From: Mobula hypostoma
Lineage: Eukaryota
Assembly (NCBI RefSeq): GCF_963921235.1
Contig: NC_086098.1
Span: 372,001 to 436,000 of the forward strand
Direction of reading: 5' to 3'
DNA: 64,000 nt
Shown piece by piece: positions 12,822-25,049 of this stretch. The notes under the pieces are model-generated. The model had not been told where the DNA came from. It was given only the letters and a program-made list of their open reading frames with translations, and made no database searches. The position numbers and the translations under genes are program-made. Within the stretch, counting starts at the first letter, position 1. Each line of letters starts with the position of its first letter.

Positions 12822-13649
12822 AGATCATCTATGATATGCATTCTTTAATAATAAACTCGTTTTGCACATTGAACTTAAACTTTGATGAATACCTTAACAA
12901 TATCAAATTAAAAATAGGTCCACAACATGGCACTGCATTTTATTGAGTTATTTATTTTTATAATTAATTATAAATCTTGTCGACTTTTGAAGAAAATTTA
13001 TCTGCAGCTGGGGCTTGCTAAAGTGAAAAATATGTTAAAGTATAATACATTAACAAACTCATAAAATGAAGGATGATCTTGGTATCGGTATATGGCCTAG
13101 GTTCATATAAAATCAGACTGTCAGCTGTAAAAATCGCTGTTTGTGTCCAGCATGCTTTATTAAAATGTATGAGTTGACTGGTGTGAGAAATAACTGCACT
13201 AAACAAATAACTGGTAAAATCCATATTTACAAAAGAACTTATGGATGAATCAAATCTTATGGGATTCTATTGATTTCTGTCTAAAAAGAGCAAAAATTAA
13301 ATTGAATTGTTCGATAACATCAAGGAAGGACTGTCCCTTATGGCTTACCATAAAATCCAATTGAAAACCATCAGAAAGTTTCAACACTGAAACATTAAAT
13401 AATTAAATTGCTTTGACTTAAGTGCAATCATAAATCACTGACAGTAACAAGTGCATCCATTGGTTGGTTTCCTAATTCAAATCACCTGAACTGTCATTAC
13501 AGAGTGTGACATCATCCTGTGATCATGGCAATACAAGATTACAGATTAATTTACTTTTCTGACCTTCAAATGTTTCCAAAACAAATGACTGACTTGAAAT
13601 AAAATCTTCCCTGAAGTAACCATATTCATAGACAGTAAAGGGAGTCATC

Positions 13650-14310
13650 ACCAACATGAATGAGATGGCTTATAGAGAGGTGGTCATTAAGACAAAGAAG
13701 ATGGTTATCGACTTCAGGAGAACTCACACCACTCACAATTCTCTTTACATTGGTGGCACAATAGTGGAAACATCTCGCATAATCTCTCATGGTCCTAAAC
13801 ATCCTACACAATCAGGAAAGCTCACCGATGCTTCTACTTTCTGAGGAGGCTGAAGAGAGCTGGACCATGCACATCTATACTCATAGCATTCTATAGGTGT
13901 GACATAGAGAGCATCCTAACAAGTTGATTACAGCATGGTACGGAAATTGCACTGCAGCAGACTAGAAGGCACTAAACCAGGTGATCAAAACTGCCCAATG
14001 TGATTTTGGACACAAATATATGGACATATATCCAGAAACATCTTGGAAAAGAGTCAGTAATATCATAAAGGATCCCACTACACCTGCCAATGGACTGTAT
14101 GTCCCACTCCAAACAAGGAGGAGGATACGTAGCATCCAAGCCAGATCCACCAGACTCAAAAACAGTTACTTTCCCCAAGCAGCAAGGCTGATCAATACTT
14201 CCTTCGACTAGCCCACCCCATCACACTCCCAAACATCACACCTTTATCATTTCCTGTTAGTCACTTTATGAACAGACACTACAGGGCCTGGTGTTACTCT
14301 ATGGACATCT
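13650..14310 (+). mobile_element. Old Rex/Babar-like RT remnant
   Basis: KTKKMVIDFRR; IIKDPTTPANG...RLKNSYFPQAARLIN. Confidence 0.7.
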
Positions 14311-14658
14311 ATGTACATAGACCATAAGACCATAAGATAGAGGAGCAGAATTAGGCCATTAGGTCTATCACACCTCACTATCAGGTGTGGGTAAGCGTGC
14401 TTGACGAGGGTCACCAATTGAAACAAAAATAGATGGTAAGCTGCAACAGCACATTAGAGCCAGGTCAAAAAACTACAAAAGTGGCCCAAAAGTTGTGAAG
14501 AAAAATAGTATTTACAAATAGACAAATGGAAACAAACATGTATGCATAAAAATTTACAAATGTACAGAGGCTTTCTCCATGATACACTTTGTCTTTAACT
14601 TTCCAATAAAACCATTCACCAACCACTAAATCCAACCTCCACACTGCTCCAGCATATT

Positions 14659-14902
14659 GAACATAGAACATAGAATAGTACAGCACAGTACAGGCCCTTC
14701 AGCCCACAATGTTGTGCCGACCCTCAAACCCTGCCTCCCACATAACCCCCCCCATCTTAAATTCCGCCATATACCTGTCTAGTAGTCTCTTAAACTTCAC
14801 TAGTGTATCTGCCTCCACCACTGACTCAGGCAGTGCATTCCACGCACCAACCACTCTCTGAGTAAAAAACCTTCCTCTAATATCCCCCTTGAACTTCCCA
14901 CC
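14659..14902 (-). mobile_element. CR1 3' end fragment
   Basis: Reverse complement of 15748-15986; (CTATGTT)n tail. Confidence 0.9.
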
Positions 14903-15212
14903 TGGGGGAGGGGGCAGAGTGAGATAGGGATAGGGGAAGTGAGGGGGAGGGAATTACCAGAAGTTGGAGAATTCTATGTTCATACCAAGGGGCTGGAGAC
15001 CACCTAGACAGTATATGAGGTGTTAGTTCTCCAACCTGAGTTTAGCCTCATCATAGCAGTAGAGGAGGCCATGTATGGCCATATCCGAATGGGAATGGGA
15101 AGCAGAGTTGAAGTGCGTGGCAACCCAGAGATCCTATCTGTTGTGGCGGATTGAGCGGAGGTGCTCGATGATGTGGTCGCCCAATCTGCGTCGGGTTTCA
15201 CTGATGTAGAGG
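14903..15212 (-). mobile_element. Penelope-like GIY-YIG C-terminal fragment
   Basis: Near-identical to about 58357-58670. Confidence 0.9.
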
Positions 15213-15986
15213 GACCTCTACTTTTCGTGATTTTTATTAACGACCTGGATGTGGGGGCAGAAGGGTGGGTTGGCAAGTTTGCAGAGGGAGTGCAAGAGGA
15301 GCAGAGGGATCTGGGGGTACATGTCCACAGATCCCTGAAAGTTGCCTCACAGGTGGATAGGGTAGTTAGGAAAGCTTATGGAGTGTTAGCTTTCATAAGT
15401 CGAGGGATAGAGTTTAAGAGTCGCAAGGTAATGATGCAGCTCTATAAAACTCTGGTTAGGCCACACTTGGAGTACTGTGTTCTGTTCTGGTCGCCTCACT
15501 AGAGGGACAATGTGGAAGCACTGGAAAGGGTACAGAGAAGATCCACCAGGATGCTGCCTGGTTTAGGGAGTATTCATTATGATCAGAGATTAAGGGAGCT
15601 AGGGCTTTACTCTTTGGAGAGAAGGAAGATGAGAGGAGACATGATAGAGATATACAAGATATTAAGAGGAATAGATAGAGTGGATAGCCAGTGCCTCTTC
15701 TCCAGGGCACCACTGCTCAATACAAGAGGACATGGCTTTAAGGTAAGGGGTGGGAAGTTCAACTGGGATATTAGAGAAAGGTTTTTTACTCAGAGAGTGG
15801 TTGGTGCGTAGAATGCACTGCCTGAGTCAGTGGTGGAGGCAGATACACTAGTGAAATTTAAGAGACTACTAGACAGGTATATGGAGGAATTTAAGGTGGG
15901 GGGTTATGTGGGAGGCAGGGTTTGAGGGTCGGCACAACATTGTGTGCCGAAGGGCCTGTACTGTGCTGTACTATTCTATGTTCTAT
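15212..15986 (+). mobile_element. CR1 5'-truncated copy with an internal deletion
   Basis: [13 protein letters not shown]...KFA jumps directly to EEQRDLGV; intact 3' UTR and tail. Confidence 0.9.
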
Positions 15987-15989
15987 AAA

Positions 15990-16465
15990 ATTCTATCAAC
16001 CTCTTCCTTAAATATACATAAAGACTTGGCCTCCACAGCTGTCTGTGGCAAAAAAAATATGCAGATTTACCACTCTCTAACTAAAGAAATCCCTCCTCAT
16101 CCTGTTCTAAAACGTCACCACTCTGTTCTGAGGCTGTGTTCTCTGGTCTTGGACCCTCCCACCATAGGAAACATCCTTTCCACATCCACTGTCTTCAACA
16201 CATTTAACCATTTGATAGGTTTTAATGAGGTCACCCCTCATTCTTCTGAATTCTGCTGAAGACAGCCCCAGAGCCATAAAACATTCTTCATAAGACAAGC
16301 TATTCAATCTTAGAATCATTTTTGTGAGCCTTCTTTTAATCATCTCCAGTTTCAGTGTATCCTTTCTAAGATAACGAGCCCAAAAATGCTCACAGTACTC
16401 CGAGTGAAGCCTATCAGCGCTTTATAAAGTCCCAATGTTGCATCCTTGCTTTTATATTCTAGTTT
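15990..16465 (-). mobile_element. CR1 fragment, decayed
   Basis: ORF 16107-16343 LSYEE...EFRRMRGDLI. Confidence 0.8.
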
Positions 16466-17564
16466 TTTTAAAATTTATTCATTTACGGGATATGGGCATC
16501 ACCAGCTAAGCCAGCATTTATTGTCCATCCTTAGTTGCCCTTGCGAAGTTGGTGATCAGCTACCTTCTTGAACCACTGCAGTCCCTGAGGTGTAGGTACA
16601 CCCACAGTTCTGTTGGGAGGGAATTCCATGATTTTGACCCAGTGACAATGAAGGAATGGCGATATGCTTCAAAGTCAGGATGGTGAGTGACTTGGAGGGG
16701 GATTTCCAAGTGGTGGTATTCACAGGTATCTGCTGTTCTCGTCTTTCTAGATGGTTGTGGTCGTGGGTCTGGAAGGTGCTGCCTTAGGAACTTTGGTGTG
16801 CTGTTGCAGTGCACCTTGTAGATAGTACACACTGCTGCAACTGTTTGTCAATAGTGGAGGGATTGATGCTTGTGGAAGGGATACCCATCAAGTGGGCTGC
16901 CTTGTACTGGATTGTGTCAAGATTCTTGAGTGTTGAGTGCTGCATTCATTAAGATGAGTGGCAAGAAATCCATTACACTCCTGATCTGAATCTTGTAGAT
17001 GGCGGACAGGCTTTGGGGAGTCAGGAGGTGAGTTACATGCTGCAGGATTCCTAACCTTTGACCTGTTCTGGTAGCCACAGTATTCAGTTTCCAGTCATGG
17101 TAACCCCCAGGATGTTGTTAGTAGGGGATTCAGTGATGGTGATGCCACTGAATGTCAAGGAACGATGGTTAGACCCTCTCTTGTTGGAGTGGTCATTACC
17201 TGGCACTTGTGTGGCTCGAATGTTATTTGCCACTTGTCAGCCCAAGCCTGGATATCGTCCAGGTCCTGCCGCATTTGGGTATGAACTACTTCACTGTCTG
17301 AGGAGTCAGAAATGGTGCAGAACATTGTGCAGTCATATGCAAACATCTCCACTTCTGACCTTATGACGGAAGGAAGCTCATTGATGAAGCCTCTGAGGAT
17401 GGTTGATCCTAGGACACTTCCCTGAGGAACTCCTGCAGTGATGTCCTGAGGATGAGATGATTGACCTCCAACCACCACAACCATCTTCCTTTATGTCAGG
17501 TATGATTTCAACTACCAGAGAATTTTCCACCTAATTCCTATTGACTCCATTTTAGCTAGGGCAG

Positions 17565-17795
17565 GAGGGAGGGAATGTCGACTCAGACCATGAGAGGCCT
17601 GCATCGGTCATTTTCATGCCTTACAAGGCGCAGATTGGAAGTCTGTGTGGTGCGCCACTCCTCGTACAGACTAGAGCAATGTGTGGTTAAGTACCTTGCT
17701 CAAGGACACAAACATGCTGCCACAGCTAAGGCTTGAACTAGTGACCTTCAGATCACTAGACAAACACCTTAACCACTTAGCCACGTGCCCAACAC
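17565..17795 (-). mobile_element. tRNA-derived CORE-like SINE
   Basis: Minus strand: A-box tggctaagtgg, B-box-like agttcaagcc, then gtgtccttgagcaaggtacttaacc (CORE/MIR-like). Confidence 0.7.
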
Positions 17796-18307
17796 CTTGA
17801 TGCCATACTTGGTCAAATGCTGCCTTGATGTCGAGGGCTATCACTCTCATCTCACTCTGGTATTTAGCACTTTGGTCGATGTTTGGATCAAGGAGGTGAG
17901 ATCAGGAGCTGAGTGGCCTTGACAGAACCCAGACTGGGCGTTTATAAGCAGATTATTGCCGAGTAGGTGCTGCAGGATAGCGCTGTTGATGACCGCATCC
18001 ATCACTTTGCTGATGATTGAGAGCAGGCTGATAGGGTGGTAATTGGGTGGGCTGGACTTGTCCCCTTTCTTGTGTACAGGACATACAGTACGTGGCAGTT
18101 TTTCACATTGTCAGAGGGATCTTGGTGTCCAAGTCCATAGGACACTCAAAACTACTGAGCAGGTTGACTCTGTGTTTAAGAAGGCATACTCTGACTCTGT
18201 GGTTTGAGCTAAGAAATCGCAGGGGTAAAAGGACCCTGATGGCAGTTATATACAGGCCTCCTAACAGCTGCAGTGATGTGGACTAGAAATTACAACAGGA
18301 AATAGAA

Positions 18308-19547
18308 TTTTTTGAGGATGTAACTAGTAGAGTGGATAGGGGAGAACCAGTGGATGTGGTATATTTGGATTTTCAAAAGGCTTTTGACAAGGTCCCACAT
18401 AGGAGATTAGTGTGCAAACTTAAAGCACACGGTATTGGGGGTAAGGTATTGGTGTGGGTGGAGAATTGGTTAGCAGACAGGAAGCAAAGAGTGGGAATAA
18501 ACGGGACCTTTTCAGAATGGCAGGCGGTGACTAGTGGGGTACCGCAAGGCTCAGTGCTGGGACCCCAGTTGTTTACAATATATATTAATGACTTGGATGA
18601 GGGAATTAAATGCAGCATCTCCAAGTTTGCGGATGACACGAAGCTGGGTGGCAGTGTTAGCAGTGAGGAGGATGCTAAGAGGATGCAGGGTGACTTGGAT
18701 AGGTTGGGTGAGTGGGCAAACTCATGGCAGATGCAATTTAATGTGGATAAATGTGAAGTTATCCACTTTGGTGGCAAAAATAGGAAAACAGATTATTATC
18801 TGAATGGTGGCCGATTAGGAAAAGGGGAGGTGCAACGAGACCTGGGTGTCATTATACACCAGTCATTGAAAGTGGGCATGCAGGTACAGCAGGCGGTGAA
18901 AAAGGCGAACGGTATGCTGGCATTTATAGCGAGAGGATTCGAGTACAGGAGCAGGGAGGTACTACTGCAGTTGTACAAGGCCTTGGTGAGACCACACCTG
19001 GAGTATTGTGTGCAGTTTTGGTCCCCTAATCTGAGGAAAGACATCTTTGCCATAGAGGGAGTACAAAGAAGGTTCACCAGATTGATTCCTGGGATGGCAG
19101 GTCTTTCATATGAAGAAAGACTGGATGAACTGGGCTTGTACTCGTTGGAATTTAGAAGATTGAGGGGGGATCTGATTGAAACGTATAAGATCCTAAAGGG
19201 ATTGGACAGGCTAGATGCAGGAAGATTGTTCCCGATGTTGGGGAGGTCTAGAACGAGGGGTCACAGTTTGAGGATAGAGGGGAAGCCTTTTAGGACCGAG
19301 GTTAGGAAAAACTTCTTCACACAGAGAGTGGTGAATCTGTGGAATTCTCTGCCACAGCAAACTGTTGAGGCCAGTTCATTAGCTATGTTTAAAAGGAAGT
19401 TAGATATGGCCCTTGTGGCTACAGGGGTCAGGGGGTATGGAGGGAAGGCTGGGTTCTGAGTTGGATGATCAGACATGATCATAATAAATGGCGGTGCAGG
19501 CTCGAAGGGCCGAATGGCCTACTCCTGCACCTATTTTTTTTTTCTAT
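18308..19547 (+). mobile_element. Young 5'-truncated CR1 with an uninterrupted RT frame
   Basis: 375-aa open frame 18332-19459 ([28 protein letters not shown]); TSD gaaatagaa at 18299-18307 and 19548-19556. Confidence 0.95.
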
Positions 19548-20589
19548 GAAATAGAAAAGGCTTATCAGAAGGGCAGTATTATGATAATTGTGGGGGATTT
19601 TAACATGCGAGTGGATTGGGAAAATCAGGTCGGCACTGGATCTCAAGAGAGAGAATTTGTAGAATGTCTGCGAGATGGCTTTTTAGAACAGCTTGTTGTT
19701 GAGCCCACTAGGGGATCGGCTGTACTGGATTGGGTATTGTGTAATGAACCGGAGGTGATTAGAGAGATTGAGGTGAAGTAACTGGAAAGGGGCACTGGCG
19801 GGAAAGACGGCAGAGCAGCAGTGGCTGGAGTTTATGTGAGAAGTGAGGAAGGTGCAAGACAGATATATTCCAAAAGAGAAGAAATTTTCAAATGGAAAAA
19901 GGATGCAACCGTGGCTGACAAGAGAAGTCAAAGCCAAAGTTAAAGCAAAGGAGAGGGCATACAAGGAAGCAAAAATTAGTGGGAAGACAGAGGATTGGGA
20001 AGTTTTAAAAGCTTACAAAAGGAAACTAAGAAGGTCATTAAGAGGGAAAAGATGAACTACAAAAGGAAGCTAGCAAATAATATCAAAGAGGATACAAAAA
20101 GCTTTTTCAAGTATATAAAGAGTAAAATACAGGTGAGAGTAGATATAGGACCGATAGAAAATGATGCCTGGAGGAATTGTAATGGGAGATAAGGAGATGG
20201 TGGAGAAACTGAATGAGTATTTTGCATCAGACTTCACTGAGGAAGACATCAGCAGTATACCGGACACTCAAGGGTGGCAGGGAAGAGAAGTGTGCGCAGT
20301 CACAATTACGAAAGAGAAAGTACTCAGGAAGCTGAATAGTCTAAAGGTAGATAAATCTCCCAGACCAGATGGAATGCACCCTCGTGTTCTGAAGGAAGTA
20401 GCTGTGGAGATTGCGGAGTCATTAGCGATGATCTTTCAAAAGTCGATAGGTTCTGGCATGGTTCCGGAGGACTGGAAGATTGCAAATGTAACTCTGCTAT
20501 TTAAAAAGGGGGCAAGGAAGCAAAAAGAAAATTATAGACCTGTTAGCTTGACATCGGTGGTTGGGAAGTTGTTGGAGTCGATTGTCAAG

Positions 20590-21039
20590 ATTCAAGATTC
20601 AAAAAATTTTATTGTCATTCTAACCATACATCAGCTCTGCAGGGCAGAATGAGACAGCGTTTCTCAGGGGCAGTGCAATCATAACATAACAAGTGCAACA
20701 CTAAATAATAAACATAACAATAAATAGTAAAACACAACAGCCACATGTCAGTTAAAATCAGTTATAAGTGTCCAGTGCAAGTTAAAAGTGTCCAAAGCAG
20801 AGTCAGGTAGAGCAGCTATTTAGCAGTCTGACTGCCTGTGGGAGGAAGCTGTTTAGTAGCCTTGTGGTTTTAGTTTTGATGCTCCTGTAAAATTTGGCTG
20901 ATGGCAGAAGAACAAACAGTTCATGGAGAGGGTGTGAGGGGTCTTTAATGATGTACCGTATCTTCTGGAGGCATCGACTCTGAAAGAGGTCTTGGACAGA
21001 AGGTTGGGAGACCCCAATAACCTTCTCTGCTCCTCTAAC
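20590..21039 (-). mobile_element. Rex/Babar-like LINE 3' fragment
   Basis: (TTGAATC)n tail on the minus strand; TSD tcaag at 20585-20589 and 21040-21044. Confidence 0.7.
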
Positions 21040-21343
21040 TCAAGGATGAGGTTACAGAGTACTTGGAGGCATATGACAAGATAGGCAGAACTCCTTAAAG
21101 GAAAATCCTGCCTGACAAACCTATTACAATTTTTTGAGGAAATTACAAGTAGGCTAGGGAAGGGAGATGTAGTGGATGTTGTATATTTGGATTTGCAGAA
21201 GGCCTTTGACAAGGAGCCACACATGAGGCTGCTTAACAAGATAAGAGCCCATGGAATGACGGGGAAGTTACAGACATGGATAGAGCATTGGCTGATTGGC
21301 AGGAAACAGAGAGTGGGAATAAAGGGATCCTATTCTGGTTGGC

Positions 21344-21580
21344 AAACAACAGGAATTCTGCAGATGCTGGAAATTCAAGCAACATACATCAAAGTTGCTG
21401 GTGAACGCAGCAGGCCAAGCAGCATCTATAGGAAGAGGTGCAGTCGACGTTTCAGGCCGAGACCCTTCGTCAGGACTAAGTCAGTCCTGACGAAGGGTCT
21501 CGGCCTGAAACGTCGACTGCACCTCTTCCTATAGATGCTGCTTGGCCTGCTGCGTTCACCAGCAACTTTGATGTATGTTG
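21344..21580. mobile_element. 237-bp palindromic Penelope-derived non-autonomous element
   Basis: Perfect 100-bp inverted arms 21378-21477 / 21483-21582 with a 5-nt loop; 34-nt unpaired tail; perfect 14-bp TSD ctattctggttggc at 21330-21343 and 21581-21594. Confidence 0.95.
21482..21519 (+). ncRNA. Minimal type-I hammerhead ribozyme motif (mirror copy on - at 21441-21477)
   Basis: CAGUC-CUGACGA-AGGGUCUCGGCCU-GAAAC-GUC-GACUG: helix I CAGUC/GACUG, core CUGANGA and GAAA, GUC triplet, helix III reduced to the palindrome ACGU. Confidence 0.8.
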
Positions 21581-22935
21581 CTATTCTGGTTGGCTGCTGG
21601 TTACCAGTGGTGTTCCACAGGGGTCCGTGTTGGGGCTGCTTCTTTTTACATTGTACATCAACGATTTGGATTATGGAACAGATGGCTTTGTGGCTAAGTT
21701 TGCTGATGATACGAAGATAGGTGGAGGGGCCGGTAGTGCTGAGGAAACAGAGAGTCTGCAGAGAGACTTGGATAGATTGGAAGAATGGGCAAAGAAGTGG
21801 CAAATGAAATACAATGTTGGAAAGTGTATGGTTATGCACTTTGGCAGAAGAAATAAACGGGCAGACTATTATTTAAATGGGGAGAGAATTCAAAGTTCTG
21901 GGATGCAACGGGACTTGGGAGTCCTCGTACAGGATACCCTTAAGGTTAACCTCCAGGTTGAGTCAGTAGTGAAGAAGGCGAATGCAATGTTGGCATTCAT
22001 TTCTAGAGGAATAGAGTATAGGAGCAGGGATGTGATGTTGAGGCTCTATAAGGCACTGGTGAGACCTCACTTGGAGTACTGTGGGCAGTTTTGGTCTCCT
22101 TATTTAAGAAAGGATGCGCTGATGTTGGAAAGGGTGCAGAGAAGATTCACTAGAATAATTCCGGGATTGAGAGGGTTAACATATGAGGAACGTTTGTCCG
22201 CTCTTGGACTGTATTCCTTGGAGTTTAGAAGAATGAGGGGAGACCTCATAGAAACATTTCGAATGTTGAAAGGCATGGATAGAGTGGATGTGGCAAAGTT
22301 ATTTTCCATGATGGGGGGGGGGTCTAGTACGAGAGGGCATGATTTAAGGATTGAAGGGCGCCCATTCAGAACAGAGATGCGAAGAAATTTTTTTAGCCAG
22401 AGGGTGGTGAATCTATGGAATTTGTTGCCACGGGTGGCAGTGGAGGCCAAGTCATTGGGTGTATTTAAGGCAGAGATTAATAGGTATCTGAGCAGCCAGG
22501 GCATCAAAGGTTATGGTGAAAAGGCAGGGGAGTGGGACTAAATGGGAGAATGGATCAGCTCATGATAAAATGGCGGAGCAGACTCAATGGGCCGAATGGC
22601 CGACTTCTGCTCCGTTGTCTTATGATCTTATGGTCATACGTTGCATTGGCCTTCATCAACCAAGAGATTGAGTTTAGGAGCTGAGAAGGTATGTTGCAGC
22701 TATATAGGACCCAGGTCAGGCCCCACTTGGCGTACTGTGCTCAGTTCTGGTCAGTTCGCTGCAGGAAGGATGTGGAAACTATAGAAAGGGTGCAGAGGAG
22801 ATTTACAAGGATGTTGCCTGGATTTGGGAGCATGCTTTATGAAAATAGGTTGAGTGAACTCGGCCTTTTCTCCTTGGAGCGGCGGAGGATGAGAGGTGAC
22901 CCGATAGAGGTGTATAAGATGATGAGAGGCATTGA

Positions 22936-23185
22936 GCAGGTTGGGCAGCATACGTAGAAAAGATCGGTCGACGTTTCGGGCCGGAACCCTTCGTCAGGAC
23001 TATAGGGGGAAGGGGCAGAGGCATAGGCCATAGGGCCTCTGCCCCTTCCCCCTACAGTCCTGATGAAGTGTTCCGGCCCGAAACGTCGACCGATCTTTTC
23101 CACGGATGCTGCCCGACCTGCCGAGTTCCTCCAGCATGTTGTGAGTGTTGCTTTGACCCCAGCATCTGCAGAGTATTTTGTGTTT
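22936..23185. mobile_element. 250-bp palindromic Penelope-derived element
   Basis: Arms 22936-23022 / 23035-23121 with a few mismatches; sequence matches the terminal repeat of 58017-59757; 14-bp TSD atgagaggcattga at 22922-22935 and 23186-23199. Confidence 0.93.
23057..23090 (+). ncRNA. Minimal hammerhead motif (mirror copy on - at about 22967-23000)
   Basis: gtc-ctgatga-agtgttccggccc-gaaac-gtc-gac. Confidence 0.7.
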
Positions 23186-25049
23186 ATGAGAGGCATTGAT
23201 TGTGTGGATAGTCAGAGGCTTTTTCCCAGGACTGAAATGAGGGCACAATTTTAAGGTGCTTGGAAGTAGGTACAGAGGAGATGTCAGGGGTAAGTTTTTT
23301 TATGCAGAGTGGTGAGTGTATGGAATGGGCTGCCGGCGACTGTGGTGGAGGCGGATATGATAGGGTGTTTTAAGAGACTCCTGGATAGCTACATGGAGCT
23401 TAGAAAAATAGAGGGTTATGGGTAACACTAAGTAACTTTAAAGAAAGTTCATGTTCAGCACAGCATTGTGGGCTGAAAGGCCTGTATTGAGCAGTAGGTT
23501 TTCTATGTTTCTATGCCGGTGTTGTAGCTGTACTGGAAAAGCTTGGCTAGTGGCGTGGCAAGATCTGGAGCACAAGCCTTCAGGACTATTGCCAGGATTT
23601 TGTCTGGGCCCATAGCCATCACAGTAACTAGCGCTTTCAGCCACTTCCTGATATCAGGTGGAGTGAATCAGATTGGCTGTGTACTGACATCTGGGCTGCT
23701 GGGGACTTCTGGAGGAGGCCGAGCTGGATCATCTACTTGGCACTTCCAACTGAAGATTGTTGCAAAAGACTTATCATTTGCACAGGTGTGCTGGGCTCCT
23801 CTGTCACTGAAACAGGGGATATTTCTGGAGCCTCCTCCTCCAGTGGGTTGTTTGATTGTCCACGATCATTCACGGCTGGATGTGGCAGGACTACGGAGCT
23901 TAGGTCTGACCCGTTGGTTGTGAGACCACCTGGCTCTGTCTGTTACTTGCTGCTTATGGTGTTTGGCATGAGAGTAGTCCTGTATTGTGGCTTCACCAGA
24001 GCGACACCTCATATTGAGGTATGACTGGTGTTGTTCTCAGTGTGTCCTCCTGAACTCTTCATTGAACCAGGGCTGATCCCCTGGCCTGGTGGTAATGTTA
24101 AAGTGGGGGATATGCTGGGCCATGAGGTTACAGATTGTAGTTGAGTACAATTCTGCTGCTGCTGATGGCCCACAGCGCCTCATACGTGCCCAGTCTTGGG
24201 CTGCTAGATCTGTTTGAAGTCTATCCCATTTGGAATGGTGGTAGTGCCACACAATATGATGGAGGGTTTCTTCAATTTTTAATTTAAAGATGGGATTTAG
24301 TCTCCACAAATACTGTGCGGTGGTCACTTCTACCAATGCTGTCACGGACAGATGCTTCTGCGGCAGGCAGATTGGTGAGAATGAGGTCATGTGTGGTTTT
24401 CCATCTTGTTGGTTCCCACACCACCTGCTATAGTCCCAGTCTAGAAGCTACATCCAGTAGGACCTGACTAGCTTGGTCTGTGGTGGTACTACTGAGCCAC
24501 TCTTGGTGATGGGCATTGAAGTCCCCCATCCAGAGTACATTCTGTGCCCTTGCCACCCTCAATGCCTCCTGCAAGTGCTGCTCAACATGGAGAAGTACTG
24601 ATTCGTCAGCTGAGGGAGGACGGTACGTGGCAATCAGCAGGAGGTTTCCTTGCCCATGTTTAACCTGGTGCCATGAGACTTCATGGGTCCAGTGTCGATA
24701 AGTTAACTGTAAGGTATAATTCTGTCAGTACAACTATGTCAGGCTATTGCTTGACTAGTCTGTGGAATAGCTCTCCCAAAACTGGCAAAAGTCCCCAGAT
24801 GTTAGTAAGGAGGACTTTGCAGGGTCAATACAGCTGGTTTTGCTATTGTTCTTTCAAGTGCCTAGGTTGAGGCAGGGTTATCCGTCTGGGTTCATTCCTT
24901 ATTATTTTCTTTTTAGTGATAGGATAAAACTGAATGGCTTGCTCGGCCATTTCAGAGGGCATTTAAGAGTCAACCACATTGCTGTGGGTCTGGAGTCACA
25001 TGTAGGCCAGACCAGGTAAGGCTAGCAGGATTCCTCCCCTAAAGAACAC

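Larger units (their letters stand above)
18190..22634 (+). mobile_element. CR1 copy (EN to 3' end), same family as 32290-41207, host of three insertions
   Basis: ORFs 19488-19781, 20161-20652, 21627-22541; cttatgatcttatggt tail; TSD catac at 18185-18189 and 22635-22639. Confidence 0.92.
18109..23512 (+). mobile_element. CR1 5'-truncated copy (same family as 1-2004), split into 18109-18189 and 22635-23512
   Basis: Sequence is continuous across the nested insertion with a catac duplication; ttttctatgtttct tail. Confidence 0.85.

Noticed and set aside
21344..21580. DNA-transposon MITE or host miRNA gene
   Set aside because: The 14-bp TSD, asymmetric tail and shared architecture with GIY-YIG-bearing copies point to a Penelope origin.
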